64,000 nt of DNA from an uncultured Thermomicrobia bacterium (lineage in GTDB: Bacteria; Chloroflexota; Chloroflexia; Thermomicrobiales; JALYUS01), in the NCBI GenBank assembly GCA_937968015.1, contig CALBSO010000059.1, positions 14,075-78,074 of the forward strand. Reading direction: 5' to 3'. The translations under genes were made by a program, and so were the position numbers. Below, piece after piece: positions 8,531 through 17,862 of the stretch. Under the pieces are notes generated by a model. It did no database searches and had not been told where the DNA came from. It saw nothing but the letters and a program-made list of their open reading frames with translations. Position 1 is the stretch's first letter; each line of letters begins with the position of its first letter.

Positions 8531-9324
8531 AGGCCCCGGAGAACAACCGTCCATCAGAAACGCCGGAGATGGATGAGACGCATCCATCCAGCCTGCTCGC
8601 GGCGTACGCCCTTCACGCGCTGCATCCGGAGGAGGACGCGGCGGTCGAGGAGTATCTCGCCGCGCACCCGGATGCGGCGGACGACATGGTGATGTTGAAA
8701 GAGGCGGCGGCGATGCTCCCCTATGGCGTTCCTCCCATCACGCCCAGCCCCCAACTCCGCGTCCGACTGATGGCGGATGTCTATCAGGAAGCCCTGGCGG
8801 ATACCGGAGAGCGCCCTCGTGCCGCGCAGCCCGTCGCGCTTGATCGCGTCCGCGCGCGTCGGCAGCGTGGCGTCGTCTGGCCGTTCGCGGCGGTCATTTT
8901 GCTCGTCCTCACGATCGGCTTCGGTGGTTGGGCCGCGACCCTCAACCATGATCTCACCGGCAAGGACCGGGTGATCGCCACGCAGCGCAGCGCGATCGCT
9001 TCGGCGGGCATGACGAAGCCAATCACGGGGACGACGCCGAATATCCCCGCGCGGGGAGAATTGCTCAGGCTTGCCAGCACTCAAGCCGCTGTCCTGACGA
9101 TCAGCGGGCTGCCGTCGCTCGCCACCGGGAAGGTGTACGAGGTCTGGTTCATTGCGGGGAATACTCCGGTCAGCGCGGGCCTCTTCTCCCCAAATGCCGA
9201 CGGCTCGTGGAGCGGCCTCGTGCGTGGAGATGTAACGAACGCGCAGACGATCGCAATCAGCGTCGAACCATTCGGTGGCAGTATCGCCCCGACCGGCGAG
9301 ATCGTCGCGACAGGTTCGCTCTAA
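8527..9324 (+). CDS. Anti-sigma factor, RskA-like (N-terminal sigma-binding helix, one TM helix, C-terminal RskA domain)
   Basis: GTGA overlap with the sigma gene stop. LLAAYALHALHPEE...; TM helix VVWPFAAVILLVLTIGFGGWA; C-terminal YEVWFIAGNTPVSAGLF...ISVEPFGGS. Confidence 0.7.
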   Translation: MKAPENNRPSETPEMDETHPSSLLAAYALHALHPEEDAAVEEYLAAHPDAADDMVMLKEAAAMLPYGVPPITPSPQLRVRLMADVYQEALADTGERPRAAQPVALDRVRARRQRGVVWPFAAVILLVLTIGFGGWAATLNHDLTGKDRVIATQRSAIASAGMTKPITGTTPNIPARGELLRLASTQAAVLTISGLPSLATGKVYEVWFIAGNTPVSAGLFSPNADGSWSGLVRGDVTNAQTIAISVEPFGGSIAPTGEIVATGSL

Positions 9325-9325
9325 T

Positions 9326-9388
9326 CAGTAGCGAGTAACGAGGGTGATTCCCTCAGCACTTGTTACTCGCTACTCGTTACTCGTACTC
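9326..9388. repeat. Heptad-phased hairpin between convergent genes (TAGCGAG TAACGAG / CTCGCTA CTCGTTA CTCG)
   Basis: AGTAGCGAGTAA (9327..9338) pairs with TTACTCGCTACT (9363..9374). The right arm encodes the last residues (ESTSNE*) of the minus-strand PIG-L gene. Confidence 0.75.
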
Positions 9389-10191
9389 TCGTGGACGGGC
9401 GTTTCTTCCAGTTCGCTCGCGCCCTCGGCAACGAGTTCGGCGCCGGCTTCCGCGTCCGGTGGGCGCTGGAGGATGATCTTGCGGTAACTCTCCGCGAAGG
9501 CGACCCCGTGCTTCTTGCCCGTCTCTTCCGTCCAGCGGCGGACGAAGGGCTCGACATCCTTGATATCGAACTGGCTCTTGTGCTCCGCGAGCGCGGCGAT
9601 CTTCACGTCCATCGCCTCGGTGACATCCACGAACGTTGTGCCGCCACCCCATGCCTCGACCCAGACCTCCTTGACCTTGTGCGGCTCCAGCCCCTCGGCG
9701 AGGAGTTCGGGGTAGAAATTGAAGTTGTCCGCCGCCGGGAAGATGCCGTAGAGCGCCGCTTCCGCCGCCGCCCGGTGGTCCGGGTGATTGATGTAGAAGT
9801 CGCCGCCGAAGCGGTTGTCCGGATCGCCGGTAATAATGACATCGGGCTTGTGCTGGCGGATGACGCGAGCGATATCGCGCCGGAGGGCAATTGTCGGCTG
9901 CAGGACGCCATCCTCGTAGCCGAGGTTGACGACGTGCGTGACACCGAGGACGCGCGCGGCGCGCGCCTGCTCCTCCGCGCGCAGAGCAACGAGTCGCTCC
10001 GACGTGATCGAGCGGTCGTCGTTGCCCTTCGAGCCGTCCGTGATGATCACCATCGTGATTTCGCTGCCCTGCCGCGCCCAGGTCGCCAGCGTGCCGCCGC
10101 AGCCGAACTCGGCGTCGTCCGGGTGGGCGAGGATCGTCATTGCGCGGCCCGGCGCGGTGGTGTCAGGTACGGATGCGGGGGTGTCGGCCAT
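9370..10191 (-). CDS. PIG-L/LmbE-family N-acetylglucosaminyl deacetylase (MshB/BshB-like)
   Basis: ILAHPDDAEFGCGG and HPDH motifs. Start at MADTPAS (AAGGAG upstream). The longer track ORF N-terminus is unsupported. Confidence 0.8.
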   Translation of the reverse strand: MADTPASVPDTTAPGRAMTILAHPDDAEFGCGGTLATWARQGSEITMVIITDGSKGNDDRSITSERLVALRAEEQARAARVLGVTHVVNLGYEDGVLQPTIALRRDIARVIRQHKPDVIITGDPDNRFGGDFYINHPDHRAAAEAALYGIFPAADNFNFYPELLAEGLEPHKVKEVWVEAWGGGTTFVDVTEAMDVKIAALAEHKSQFDIKDVEPFVRRWTEETGKKHGVAFAESYRKIILQRPPDAEAGAELVAEGASELEETPVHESTSNE

Positions 10192-10348
10192 GCGGGTCTC
10201 CTTCTCTGCTCTCTCGTGCGTCGCGATCCCATAGCGATCAACAACAGCGCATAGCGTACCACCATTCCGCCGCGTGCTATCATGGGCGGGAGCGCGCAAC
10301 GGAGCGCGCGAAAAGCGTTCGCACGACGAACCGACACGGGAGTGAGAG

Positions 10349-11089
10349 ATGAGCATCACCGCCGCCCCAACCGCCGCCCCCACGACGACAACCGCCGCCA
10401 AGGCGCCGACGCGCCGGCAATTCGTCCGCTTTGCCTTCTATCGCGTTGACCCGGCGTGGCGCCACCTGCCCGAGACCGACCGGGAGCGTGGCTATGCCGA
10501 ATTCCTCGCCCTGATTGACGCAACGACCCCGACGATGCTCGTCCGCTCGTACTCCTGCGTCGGGCTGCGGGCAGACGCGGACTTCCTCTTGTGGCAGGTC
10601 TCGTACGAACTCGATGACTTCCAGACCTTCGCGGCGAAACTGCACGGCACGGGCTTTGGCCGCTATCTGACGACGCCCTATGCCTACCTCTCGATGACGC
10701 GTCGCTCGCAGTACGTGGACCCGAAAGATCGTGAGAGTGAGTCGAATCGCCTGACCATCGAGTCGGGTGGCCGGAAGTACCTCTTTGTCTACCCCTTCGT
10801 CAAGACGCGTCAGTGGTTCGCGCTCTCGCTCGACGAGCGGCAGGAGATGATGCGCGAGCATATCGAGGTGGGTCAGGGGTATCCGTCGGTGAAACTGAAC
10901 ACCACCTATTCCTTCGGCCTCGATGACCAGGAGTGGGTCGTCGCCTTCGAGAGCGATTACCCGCAGGACTTCCTCGATCTCGTTGCCGCCCTACGAGAGA
11001 CGAAAGCGAGCGCCTACACCTTGCGCGATACCCCGATGATGACCTGCCGCGCCCTCGACATCCGCGACATCCTGCCGCAACTGGGGTGA
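10349..11089 (+). CDS. hemQ: Chlorite-dismutase-family coproheme decarboxylase (HemQ/ChdC)
   Basis: FAFYRVDPAWRHL...YLFVYPFVKTRQWFALS...REHIEVG...TYSFGLDDQEWVVAFE is the typical HemQ pattern. Confidence 0.8.
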   Translation: MSITAAPTAAPTTTTAAKAPTRRQFVRFAFYRVDPAWRHLPETDRERGYAEFLALIDATTPTMLVRSYSCVGLRADADFLLWQVSYELDDFQTFAAKLHGTGFGRYLTTPYAYLSMTRRSQYVDPKDRESESNRLTIESGGRKYLFVYPFVKTRQWFALSLDERQEMMREHIEVGQGYPSVKLNTTYSFGLDDQEWVVAFESDYPQDFLDLVAALRETKASAYTLRDTPMMTCRALDIRDILPQLG

Positions 11090-11255
11090 CCTCACCCCCG
11101 GCCCTCTCTCACCTGCCCATACTGCCCAGAGGGCGCCCGCGCCCGCGATGGAGAGGGGGAACAACCTTCGTGATGCTTCGATGATCAGCGGGAGACCACG
11201 GTATTTCGGGCGAGTCACCCCTCTCCATCGCGATGGAGAGGGGCAGGGGGTGAGG
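11090..11255. repeat. C-rich/G-rich terminal-inverted-repeat element (CCTCACCCCC...CAGGGGGTGAGG) filling the hemQ-glpD spacer
   Basis: Starts 1 nt after the hemQ stop and ends 8 nt before the glpD ATG. Carries the same 25-mer as 4176..4200 at 11122..11146, and a perfect 26-nt palindrome CCCCTCTCCATCGCGATGGAGAGGGG at 11218..11243. Confidence 0.8.
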
Positions 11256-11262
11256 TTTCCCC

Positions 11263-12987
11263 ATGCAGCATCTTTCAGCGGAGACACGAGCGGAGCATCT
11301 GCGGCGCATGGCGGCGGGGCGGGTGGATATCTGCGTGATCGGTGGCGGCATCACCGGCGCGGGCGTCGCGCTGGAAGCGGCCTCGCGCGGGGCGTCCGTC
11401 GCGCTGATCGAGCGGAAGGATTTCGCCAGCGGCACGAGCGGTTGGTCCACGAAACTCGTGCATGGCGGCATCCGCTACCTGCCGCAGGGGCAAGTCGCGC
11501 TCGTGCGGGAGGCGCTGCACGAGCGCGCGACGCTCTTGAAGATCGCGCCCCATCTCGTCTGGCCGCTCGCTTTCGTCCTGCCGATCTACGAGACAACGCG
11601 CCGCCCGATTGGCGTGCCCATCTCCCTGCCGCGCGGCATCGGTGTTAGCTTGGCGATGGCAATTGGCCTGACCGCGTACGACGTGCTGGCGGGCAAACAA
11701 AAATCTGCCCAGGGGGTGCCCGCCCGCCACCGCCATATCCCGGCGGACGAGGCGGCGCGCGACGTGCCCGGCCTGAAGACGGACGGCCTGAAGAGCGCCT
11801 TCGTCTACAGCGACGCGGGCACGAACGACACGAAACTCGTCGCGACAATTATCCGCACCGCCGTCGAGCAGGGCGCGTTGGTGGCGAATTACACCGAGGC
11901 GGTGGGGTTTGTGCAGGAACATGGCCGGATCGTGGGCGTCGAGGCGCGGGACACGATCACGGGCGAAATGCAGACCATCGCCGCGCGGCACGTCGTCAAC
12001 GCGACGGGCGTCTGGGCGGAGCGCGTCGAATCGCTCGGCACGCGCGAACCGCAGGTGCAGGTGCTCCCCGCGAAGGGGATTCATCTCGTCGTGGAGGCCG
12101 CGAAGGTCGGTGTGACGAAGAACGCCGTCGTCCTGCCGGAGACGGAAGACGGACGGCTGATCTTCATCGTGCCGTGGCAAGGGCGCGCGGTGATCGGCAC
12201 GACCGACACGCCCGGCGGCGACATCGAACGCCCCCGCGCCGACGCGGACGAGATCGCCTACGTTCTCCGCACGACGAATGGCTCGATCCGCTCGCAACTG
12301 ACCGAGGCGGACATTATCAGCACGTATGCAGGGTATCGCCCGCTCGTCCGGGCGCGGGACGGCGCGAAATCCGCCGCGCTCGCCCGCACGCACGCGGTGC
12401 TTGCCTCCCCAAACGGCCTCGTCACGATCGTCGGCGGCAAACTGACGACCTACCGTCGCATGGCGCAGGACACCCTCAATACACTCGAACTGCACGGCCT
12501 GAACGTCCGCGCCTCCGTGACAGACCACTTGCCACTCGCCGGGGCGGACGGCTACGGCCACTGGAAGCGGACCCTGCCCGCCGAAGCCGCCAGGCGGGGG
12601 CTGGATGCCGATGTGACGGCGCACCTGCTCCAATCCTATGGCTCAGACGCGCCACTGCTCCTCGAAATGATTGACGATGACGCGCTGCTCGCCGCCCGGA
12701 TGGCGCCCGATCTGCCGGTGATCTTTGCCGAAGCGCGCTTCGCCGCGCGCTACGAAATGGCGATGTCGGTGGAGGACGTGCTCGCGCGCCGCACGCGGCT
12801 CTCGCTCATTGACCGCGCGCACGGTTTCGCCGCCGCGCCAGATGTCGCGGCCATCCTCGGCGACGCGCTCGGCTGGGACGCGACAGAGCGGGCCCGGCAG
12901 GTCGAAACCTATCGCGCAACCGTTGAAGACCTCCATATGCCCTTATCCGCGCCGGGACGCGCGACGGCCACCGCGCCAATGTACTAA
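11263..12987 (+). CDS. glpD: FAD-dependent glycerol-3-phosphate dehydrogenase
   Basis: VIGGGITGAGVALEAASRG dinucleotide fold, SGTSGWSTKLVHGGIRYL, 574 aa with the C-terminal GlpD-type domain. Confidence 0.9.
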   Translation: MQHLSAETRAEHLRRMAAGRVDICVIGGGITGAGVALEAASRGASVALIERKDFASGTSGWSTKLVHGGIRYLPQGQVALVREALHERATLLKIAPHLVWPLAFVLPIYETTRRPIGVPISLPRGIGVSLAMAIGLTAYDVLAGKQKSAQGVPARHRHIPADEAARDVPGLKTDGLKSAFVYSDAGTNDTKLVATIIRTAVEQGALVANYTEAVGFVQEHGRIVGVEARDTITGEMQTIAARHVVNATGVWAERVESLGTREPQVQVLPAKGIHLVVEAAKVGVTKNAVVLPETEDGRLIFIVPWQGRAVIGTTDTPGGDIERPRADADEIAYVLRTTNGSIRSQLTEADIISTYAGYRPLVRARDGAKSAALARTHAVLASPNGLVTIVGGKLTTYRRMAQDTLNTLELHGLNVRASVTDHLPLAGADGYGHWKRTLPAEAARRGLDADVTAHLLQSYGSDAPLLLEMIDDDALLAARMAPDLPVIFAEARFAARYEMAMSVEDVLARRTRLSLIDRAHGFAAAPDVAAILGDALGWDATERARQVETYRATVEDLHMPLSAPGRATATAPMY

Positions 12988-13211
12988 TCTGACGCTCAGA
13001 ATCCGCTCTGTATTTCCGCATCCGTATCTATCCCGTCACCGTCGAGGACGGCCAGGTCGTCGCCCTCTCAGGCAACGAATGATGAGTAACCCCTGCCCTT
13101 GACACGCACGTACATCTCATTGAACAATCACGCCGCACACATCGCCCGTTATCTCTTGCCCGATTTCCGACGGACATGCGTGCCTGTATGCGAGGAAGAA
13201 GGAGGAAAATC

Positions 13212-14414
13212 ATGCGCCGGTGGTTTGTGGGGCGGCTCCAACTCGGGGTTGCCATCTTTACGGTCTTGACCCTGTTGCTCACTGCGTGTGGGACGAGCAG
13301 CGCCGACAAGACGGCCACGGCCGGTAGTGGTGTGGCGAAGCCGACGACTGCCGCGACCACAGGTGGCGCCGCGACGACCGCTCCGACGACCGTTGCCGCG
13401 TCAACGACCGCGAACCCGACCGCGCGGCCCGCCGGTACGACGCCCACCGGGAGCGCCGCCGCTGTCGGCACCGCGCCGACCGGTTCCGCACCGGGCGGCA
13501 CACGCGCCGCGAGCAGCGCCGCCGCCCCGACGGCAGCGCCGCCACCGCCGAAGCCCGTCGCGCAGCCCGTGGCGAGTGGCCTCGGCAGCGAGGCGAAGCC
13601 GATCACGATGTACTTCGTTCCCTCCGAGCAGGTGGACAAAGTGCTCGCCAGCGGCAATCAGATCGCCAAGGACCTTGAGACGCTGACAGGTCTGAAGTTC
13701 AAGACCGCCGTCCCGACTTCATACGGCGCGGTGATCGAGTCCATGGGCAGCGGCGACGCCGACATCGCGTGGCTCGCGACGTTCGCCTACTTGATCGCGC
13801 ACCAGAAGTATAACGCGAATGTCGCCCTGACGACGGTCCGCAACGGCCTCGATACCTACAAGGGCGAGATCATTACCCGTGCGGACAGCGGTATCACGGA
13901 CATCAAGGGATGCAATGGCAAGACGATGGCGTGGGTGGATGCCGCGAGCACCTCCGGCTACATCTTCCCCTCCGCGCTCTTCGCGCAGCAGGGAATCAGG
14001 CCGTCCAAGGAAATCTTCGCCGGCGGGCACCCGCAGGCCGTTCTGGCCGTCTATCAGGGTAATGCCGACTGCGCCGCGACTTACTACAGCCCGGATAACC
14101 CGGATGGCACGATTGCGGACGGCCGCGCGACGCAATTGAAGACCTATCCGGACATCGTTACGAAGGTGAAGGCCGTCGGCTTCACGCCGGACATCCCGAA
14201 TGACACCGTCACCTTCCGCGCGGACTTCCCGAAGGAGTTACAGGACCGCGTCGTCAACGCGCTCCTTTACTACGTCTCGCAGCCGAACGGCCAGAAGCAA
14301 CTGAAGGACCTCTACAGTATCACGGGTCTCGTCAAGTCCGATGACAGCCGGTATCAGGTCGTGCGCGACTCCCTCAAAGCGCTCGGCAAGGACCCATCGG
14401 AGTACATTAAGTAG
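13212..14414 (+). CDS. phnD: Phosphonate/phosphite ABC transporter substrate-binding lipoprotein (PhnD family)
   Basis: Lipobox LLLTACG, a long A/T/P-rich linker, then the PhnD-type fold (YFVPSE..., DIAWLATFAYL, STSGYIFP). AAGGAGG precedes ATG 13212. Confidence 0.8.
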   Translation: MRRWFVGRLQLGVAIFTVLTLLLTACGTSSADKTATAGSGVAKPTTAATTGGAATTAPTTVAASTTANPTARPAGTTPTGSAAAVGTAPTGSAPGGTRAASSAAAPTAAPPPPKPVAQPVASGLGSEAKPITMYFVPSEQVDKVLASGNQIAKDLETLTGLKFKTAVPTSYGAVIESMGSGDADIAWLATFAYLIAHQKYNANVALTTVRNGLDTYKGEIITRADSGITDIKGCNGKTMAWVDAASTSGYIFPSALFAQQGIRPSKEIFAGGHPQAVLAVYQGNADCAATYYSPDNPDGTIADGRATQLKTYPDIVTKVKAVGFTPDIPNDTVTFRADFPKELQDRVVNALLYYVSQPNGQKQLKDLYSITGLVKSDDSRYQVVRDSLKALGKDPSEYIK

Positions 14415-14415
14415 A

Positions 14416-14487
14416 AAGGACGAAGGACTGAGGGCGAAGGGCTACGGAGCGAACGGCGCTGCGCAGTCCTCAGTCCTCAGTCCTCAG
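14416..14487. repeat. Heptad-phased hairpin (AGGACGA AGGACTG AGGGCGA... / CAGTCCT x3), phnD-phnC spacer
   Basis: (CAGTCCT)3 at 14464..14484 is the complement of the AGGACTG-type units at 14416..14440. Confidence 0.75.
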
Positions 14488-14491
14488 AAAC

Positions 14492-15250
14492 GTGCTCGAA
14501 ATCCGCAATCTGACGAAAATCTATCCGAATGGCACCCTCGCCCTCGATAATGTCAGCCTCACGGTGAGGGATGGCGAGTTTGTGGTCGTGCTCGGCCTGT
14601 CAGGATCGGGGAAGTCTACGCTCCTGCGCTGCATCAACCGGCTCGTCGAGCCGACAAGCGGGACGATCCTGCTCGACGGCAAGGAAGTTACCGGGGCGAG
14701 CGAGGCGGAAATCCGCCGCATCCGCCGCTCGATCGGCATGATCTTTCAGCAGTTCAACCTCGTGAAGCGCGGCACGGTCCTGATGAATGTCCTCAGCGGG
14801 CGGCTCGGCTACGTCACCACCGTTGGGCCGCTCGTCTACCGCTTCCCGGCGGCGGATATTCAGCGGGCGATGCACAATCTCGAACGGGTTGGCATCGCGG
14901 ACCGCACGCGGCAGCGGGCAGACACGCTCTCCGGTGGCCAGCAGCAGCGCGTCGCCATCGCTCGCGCCTTGATGCAGGAGCCGACGCTGATGCTCGCCGA
15001 CGAACCGGTTGCCAGCCTCGACCCGGCGACCTCGCACTCCGTCTTGCGGTATGTCGAGGAGATCAACCGCGATCAGGGGATTACCGTGCTTTGCTCACTC
15101 CATTTCCTCTCACTCGCCCGGCGCTACGCGACGCGCATCATCGCGCTCAAAGCGGGCAAACTCGTCTTCGATGGCCTGCCGAGCGAGATTGACGACGCCC
15201 GCTTCAAGGCAATCTACGGCGAGGACGCGATTCAGGTGGAGATCGCATGA
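14492..15250 (+). CDS. phnC: Phosphonate ABC transporter ATP-binding protein
   Basis: Walker [10 protein letters not shown], signature [15 protein letters not shown], Walker B LMLADEP. GTG start. Confidence 0.9.
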   Translation: MLEIRNLTKIYPNGTLALDNVSLTVRDGEFVVVLGLSGSGKSTLLRCINRLVEPTSGTILLDGKEVTGASEAEIRRIRRSIGMIFQQFNLVKRGTVLMNVLSGRLGYVTTVGPLVYRFPAADIQRAMHNLERVGIADRTRQRADTLSGGQQQRVAIARALMQEPTLMLADEPVASLDPATSHSVLRYVEEINRDQGITVLCSLHFLSLARRYATRIIALKAGKLVFDGLPSEIDDARFKAIYGEDAIQVEIA

Positions 15251-15254
15251 AGAA

Positions 15255-15397
15255 GTGCTGAGTGCTGCGTGCTGAAGCGCACCGGCTCGGAGGAGATATG
15301 GCGACGGAAGAAGAAATCCGGCTGGAAGCGGAACTGAGCATCGGCACGCAATCTGTCGTCGGCTCCTCTCCGCACTCCGTACTCAGCACTCAGCACG
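15255..15397. repeat. Long-range heptad inverted repeat ((GTGCTGA)3-like ... TCAGCAC x2) bracketing the phnE start codon
   Basis: Left arm 15255..15275 starts 5 nt after the phnC stop. Right arm 15378..15397 lies inside the phnE ORF (codes PHSVLSTQH). The GGAGG RBS and ATG 15298 lie in the loop. Confidence 0.65.
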
Positions 15398-16491
15398 TTC
15401 CTCGCCGGCTGGTTGCGTTCCTGCTCGACTGGTTCATTGCGGGGTACGCGATCTACACCGGCCTCTTCGTGGTGGACGCGCTGATTCACGCGCTCTGGCT
15501 TCCCTCGAAGGTCAACGCGAATCCGGCGCTGGATATGATCGCGTACACTTGGCGCCAGTCCGAAGGTGTGACGACGCTTGGCGGCGTGACGCTGCCGAAG
15601 TTCCTCTTCTTCCTGCTCGTCAGCCTGCCGATTCCAATTCTGCTCCAGTTCACGAACGACACGCTCGGCCTGCGGCTGATGGGGTGGGCGCGCCCGCTGC
15701 TGCCCCTCGAAGGGCGACCGTGGTACCGGACGCTCTGGGTCTTCACGGCGGTTGTCATCGGCATCGAGACGTTCATGGCGGGATGGTACATCACCGAGGT
15801 TGATCCGATCTTCTATGTCCAGCGGTTCGCGCGCGGCTGGCGCATCTCGAAGCAACTGCTGACGCCGGACTGGAGCATCTTCTGGATGTCCGTCCAGTTG
15901 ATGCTGGAGAGCATCTTTCTCGCGCTGATCGCCACGGTCTTTTCGATCGTGTTCGCGGTGCCCCTCGCCTTCCTCGGCGCGCGCAACCTGATGCGCGGCT
16001 CGCCGGTCCGCATGGCGATCTACACACTCGTACGCGGTTTCTTCAACATTTTCCGCTCGATCCAGGAACTCGTCTTCGCGATCATTTTCGTCACGGTCGT
16101 CGGGATTGGGCCATTCGCGGGCATGCTCGCGCTCTTCGTCCATTCCGTCGCCTCGCTCGGCAAACTCTACTCGGAGCAGATCGAGAACATTGACCCCGGC
16201 CCGATGGAGGCGATCACCGCGACGGGCGCGACACGGCTGCAAACGGTCCTCTACGCCGTCGCGCCGCAGGTCGTGCCGCCCTTCCTCGCCTTCACAATCT
16301 ACCGGTGGGACATCAACGTCCGCACCTCAATCGTCGTTGGCTTCGTCGGCGGCGGCGGGATCGGGCTCGCCCTCTTCCAGTATCAGCAACTGACGCAGTG
16401 GCACCGCGTCGGCACCGTCGCCTTTCTGACGATCATCGTCGTCTGGGCGCTCGATGCCCTCAGCGCCCGCGTCCGCGAGAAACTGATCTGA
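15298..16491 (+). CDS. phnE: Phosphonate ABC transporter permease with an N-terminal membrane extension
   Basis: The C-terminal 270 aa match the PhnE pattern (EAITATGATRLQ, YRWDINVRTSIVVGFVGGGGIG). Start uncertain: 15298 has GGAGG upstream. Confidence 0.8.
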   Translation: MATEEEIRLEAELSIGTQSVVGSSPHSVLSTQHVPRRLVAFLLDWFIAGYAIYTGLFVVDALIHALWLPSKVNANPALDMIAYTWRQSEGVTTLGGVTLPKFLFFLLVSLPIPILLQFTNDTLGLRLMGWARPLLPLEGRPWYRTLWVFTAVVIGIETFMAGWYITEVDPIFYVQRFARGWRISKQLLTPDWSIFWMSVQLMLESIFLALIATVFSIVFAVPLAFLGARNLMRGSPVRMAIYTLVRGFFNIFRSIQELVFAIIFVTVVGIGPFAGMLALFVHSVASLGKLYSEQIENIDPGPMEAITATGATRLQTVLYAVAPQVVPPFLAFTIYRWDINVRTSIVVGFVGGGGIGLALFQYQQLTQWHRVGTVAFLTIIVVWALDALSARVREKLI

Positions 16492-16569
16492 CCTAAACCC
16501 CCTGCCCCTTCCTTTGCAGAACGCTCGAATCAGGTTCCCCTCCTGTTCGGGAGGGGGTCAGGGGGTAGG
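16492..16569. repeat. Short C-rich/G-rich terminal-inverted-repeat element (CCTAAACCCCCTG...CAGGGGGTAGG)
   Basis: Starts 1 nt after the phnE stop. Nested hairpin TTCCCCTCC-TGTTC-GGGAGGGGG. Ends 23 nt before the next ATG. Confidence 0.75.
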
Positions 16570-16591
16570 CAAATCTGATATTCTCCTCGCC

Positions 16592-17758
16592 ATGAAATTG
16601 CGTCGTCTGTTACTCGGTCTGTTCCTTGCATTGGTCGCGCTGCTGGTCTTCATGGGGCCGGTGGCGGCATGGCCGAGCGCGCCATATCCGCACGCTGTGC
16701 CGTCCGTGTCCGCGCCGACGATCACGGCACGCGCCGCGCTCGTGCAGGAAAATACGAGCGACAAACGGCTCTATCAGAAGGAGCAGGAGACGGCGATTGC
16801 CCCGGCGAGCACGATCAAGTTGCTCACCGCCATCACCGCACTGACGCTCGGGCAGGTGGACGAGAAGATTCAGGCGGAAAAGAATGACCTCGTCGGCGGC
16901 AGCACGATGGGCCTCAAGCCGGGCGACACGCTGACACTCGGTAATCTCCTCAAGGGAATGCTCATTCCCTCCGGGAACGACGCCGCCACCGTCATCGCGC
17001 ACGCCGAGGGCGCGAAACTGCCGGACGCGGCGACGCTCGGCCCCGTCAATGCCTTCGTCGCGCGTATGAATGCCGTGGGCGCGGAGCGGGGGCTGACGGG
17101 AACGACGGCGGTCAATCCGAGCGGTCTCGACGCGCCCGGTATGGTCACTACCGCGCGCGACCTCGCCCGGCTGGCGGATCTCGTGCTCGACGATCCGATT
17201 CTGGCGCCGATTGTCCGCACGCCGGAGGCGACGATCCCTTCGGCGTATGGCGCCTATCCGGTCAAAAACACGAACGAACTGCTTGGGACGCCGGGCGTGA
17301 TCGGCGTCAAGACCGGTACGACGGACGAAGCGGGGCAGAATCTCATCCTCGCCATCGCGGAAAATAACCACCGGCTCATTATCGTCATCCTCGGCAGCAC
17401 GGATCGCTACGCGGATGCCCGCGCCTTGCTCGCGTACGTGCGTTCGGCGTGGTCGTGGGTCGCGCTCGGCGATCCGAAGGGGTTGCCTGGCCTCGCCCGC
17501 GCCCTCGATGCCTGGGGCGTGACGACACGAGAGAGTAAGACGGTGGTATTGGACAGCAAACTTGCCCCATTGGTGCATTACACGCTCATCTTGTCGCCCG
17601 TTGCGTCTGCTTCCAACGCTCTCACAGCCACGGCCACCACGACCGGCACTCCTCCCGCTAGCCCGCCCGGTGCGCGCGGTGTTATCATCTTCTCGCTCGG
17701 GGACGGCGAACTCGCGCGGCTGGACGTCTTCACCACGAGCGTCCCGACGCCTGCCTAA
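16592..17758 (+). CDS. D-alanyl-D-alanine carboxypeptidase (peptidase S11, PBP5-type)
   Basis: Signal/TM segment, then SxxK (ASTIK), SGN (PSGND) and KTG (VKTGTT) motifs. Confidence 0.85.
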   Translation: MKLRRLLLGLFLALVALLVFMGPVAAWPSAPYPHAVPSVSAPTITARAALVQENTSDKRLYQKEQETAIAPASTIKLLTAITALTLGQVDEKIQAEKNDLVGGSTMGLKPGDTLTLGNLLKGMLIPSGNDAATVIAHAEGAKLPDAATLGPVNAFVARMNAVGAERGLTGTTAVNPSGLDAPGMVTTARDLARLADLVLDDPILAPIVRTPEATIPSAYGAYPVKNTNELLGTPGVIGVKTGTTDEAGQNLILAIAENNHRLIIVILGSTDRYADARALLAYVRSAWSWVALGDPKGLPGLARALDAWGVTTRESKTVVLDSKLAPLVHYTLILSPVASASNALTATATTTGTPPASPPGARGVIIFSLGDGELARLDVFTTSVPTPA

Positions 17759-17806
17759 CCCCCCAACCCCCTCCCGTACCTTCGGTGTGGGAAAGGGGAG
17801 TGAGCC
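17754..17806. repeat. Short C-rich/G-rich element (CCTAACCCCCC...AGGGGAGTGAG) containing the carboxypeptidase TAA stop
   Basis: The TAA stop at 17756..17758 is part of the CCTAACC terminus. Confidence 0.55.
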
Positions 17807-17862
17807 TCCGAAAGATCGAAGCGTGATGCGGAACGCCTGGAATCCGCGGAGAGAGGTAACCC

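Noticed and set aside
11275-12633. 452-aa minus-strand ORF
   Set aside because: It is antisense to glpD, which has a clear FAD-binding motif and full-length architecture.
13099-13127. TTGACA hexamer upstream of phnD as a promoter
   Set aside because: The sequence 17 nt downstream (GAACAA) is a poor -10 box. The evidence is too weak to report as a feature.
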